Assembly: GCA_965248265.1 (NCBI GenBank)
Contig: CBDFJF010000002.1
Location: 1,344,001 to 1,408,000, forward strand
Origin: Candidatus Latescibacterota bacterium
Lineage (GTDB): Bacteria > Latescibacterota > UBA2968 > UBA8231
Direction of reading: 5' to 3'
Length of the DNA stretch: 64,000 nt
This document shows, piece after piece, positions 63,939 through 64,000 of the stretch; position 1 is the first letter of the stretch; every line of letters starts with the position of its first letter. The translations under genes were made by a program, and so were the position numbers. The notes under the pieces are model-generated. The model made no database searches. It was given only the letters and a program-made list of their open reading frames with translations, and was not told the origin of the DNA.

Positions 63939-64000
63939 CAGAGCACTAGAATGGTTCCGTGATTTCACTCCCCAGGATCCCGAGCATCGCCACCTGTCGC

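Larger units (their letters stand above)
62791..63946 (+). mobile_element. IS630-family insertion sequence, 1156 bp
   Basis: Terminal inverted repeats GTGCTCTGTTAA / TTAACAGAGCAC; TA duplication (62789-90, 63947-48) within a CTAG target. Confidence 0.96.
61006..64000 (+). pseudogene. GH95 alpha-L-fucosidase-like gene interrupted by IS630; continues past the window end
   Basis: EALPVGNGRLGAM, QYGRYL, NLQGIWN, NINTEMNYW, STSPE; removing the IS restores DGSLLEWFRDF...DPEHRHLS. Confidence 0.93.

Overview
GC-rich bacterial window that reads as an accessory catabolic and surface-protein region. It is probably from an FCB-superphylum organism such as Ca. Latescibacterota; this is an inference from the C-terminal QNYPNPFN/FlgD-Ig tails, the PhyH expansion and a DUF6785-like membrane protein. 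Contents: nine PhyH-type Fe(II)/2OG dioxygenase genes (one broken), four paralogous cytoplasmic glycoside-hydrolase-like beta-propellers, two BNR sialidase-like proteins, two enolase-superfamily dehydratases, an aldolase, a sulfatase-like hydrolase, a GH95, three CRTAC1/ASPIC-UnbV proteins, a tandem LVIVD pair, an L-domain/LRR lipoprotein, an IS3 and an IS630 (each inside a gene), and several MITE-like elements. No rRNA, tRNA or CRISPR array was recognised. Main observations: (1) two MITE-like elements with unrelated terminal repeats share a 44-nt core in which 9 of 10 differences preserve base pairing; (2) a DUF3179 lipoprotein has an in-frame UGA at the conserved Cys position followed by a SECIS-like hairpin (probable selenoprotein); (3) a sugar-sensor/7TM receptor is fused to a degenerate, HTH-less sigma54-activator ATPase and flanked by direct repeats; (4) a modular secreted-protein family has a whole TolB propeller inserted inside a shared domain; (5) an SDR takes its start codon from a decayed PD40 repeat; (6) gene lesions are frequent. 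All family calls come from motif recognition by eye, with no database search.
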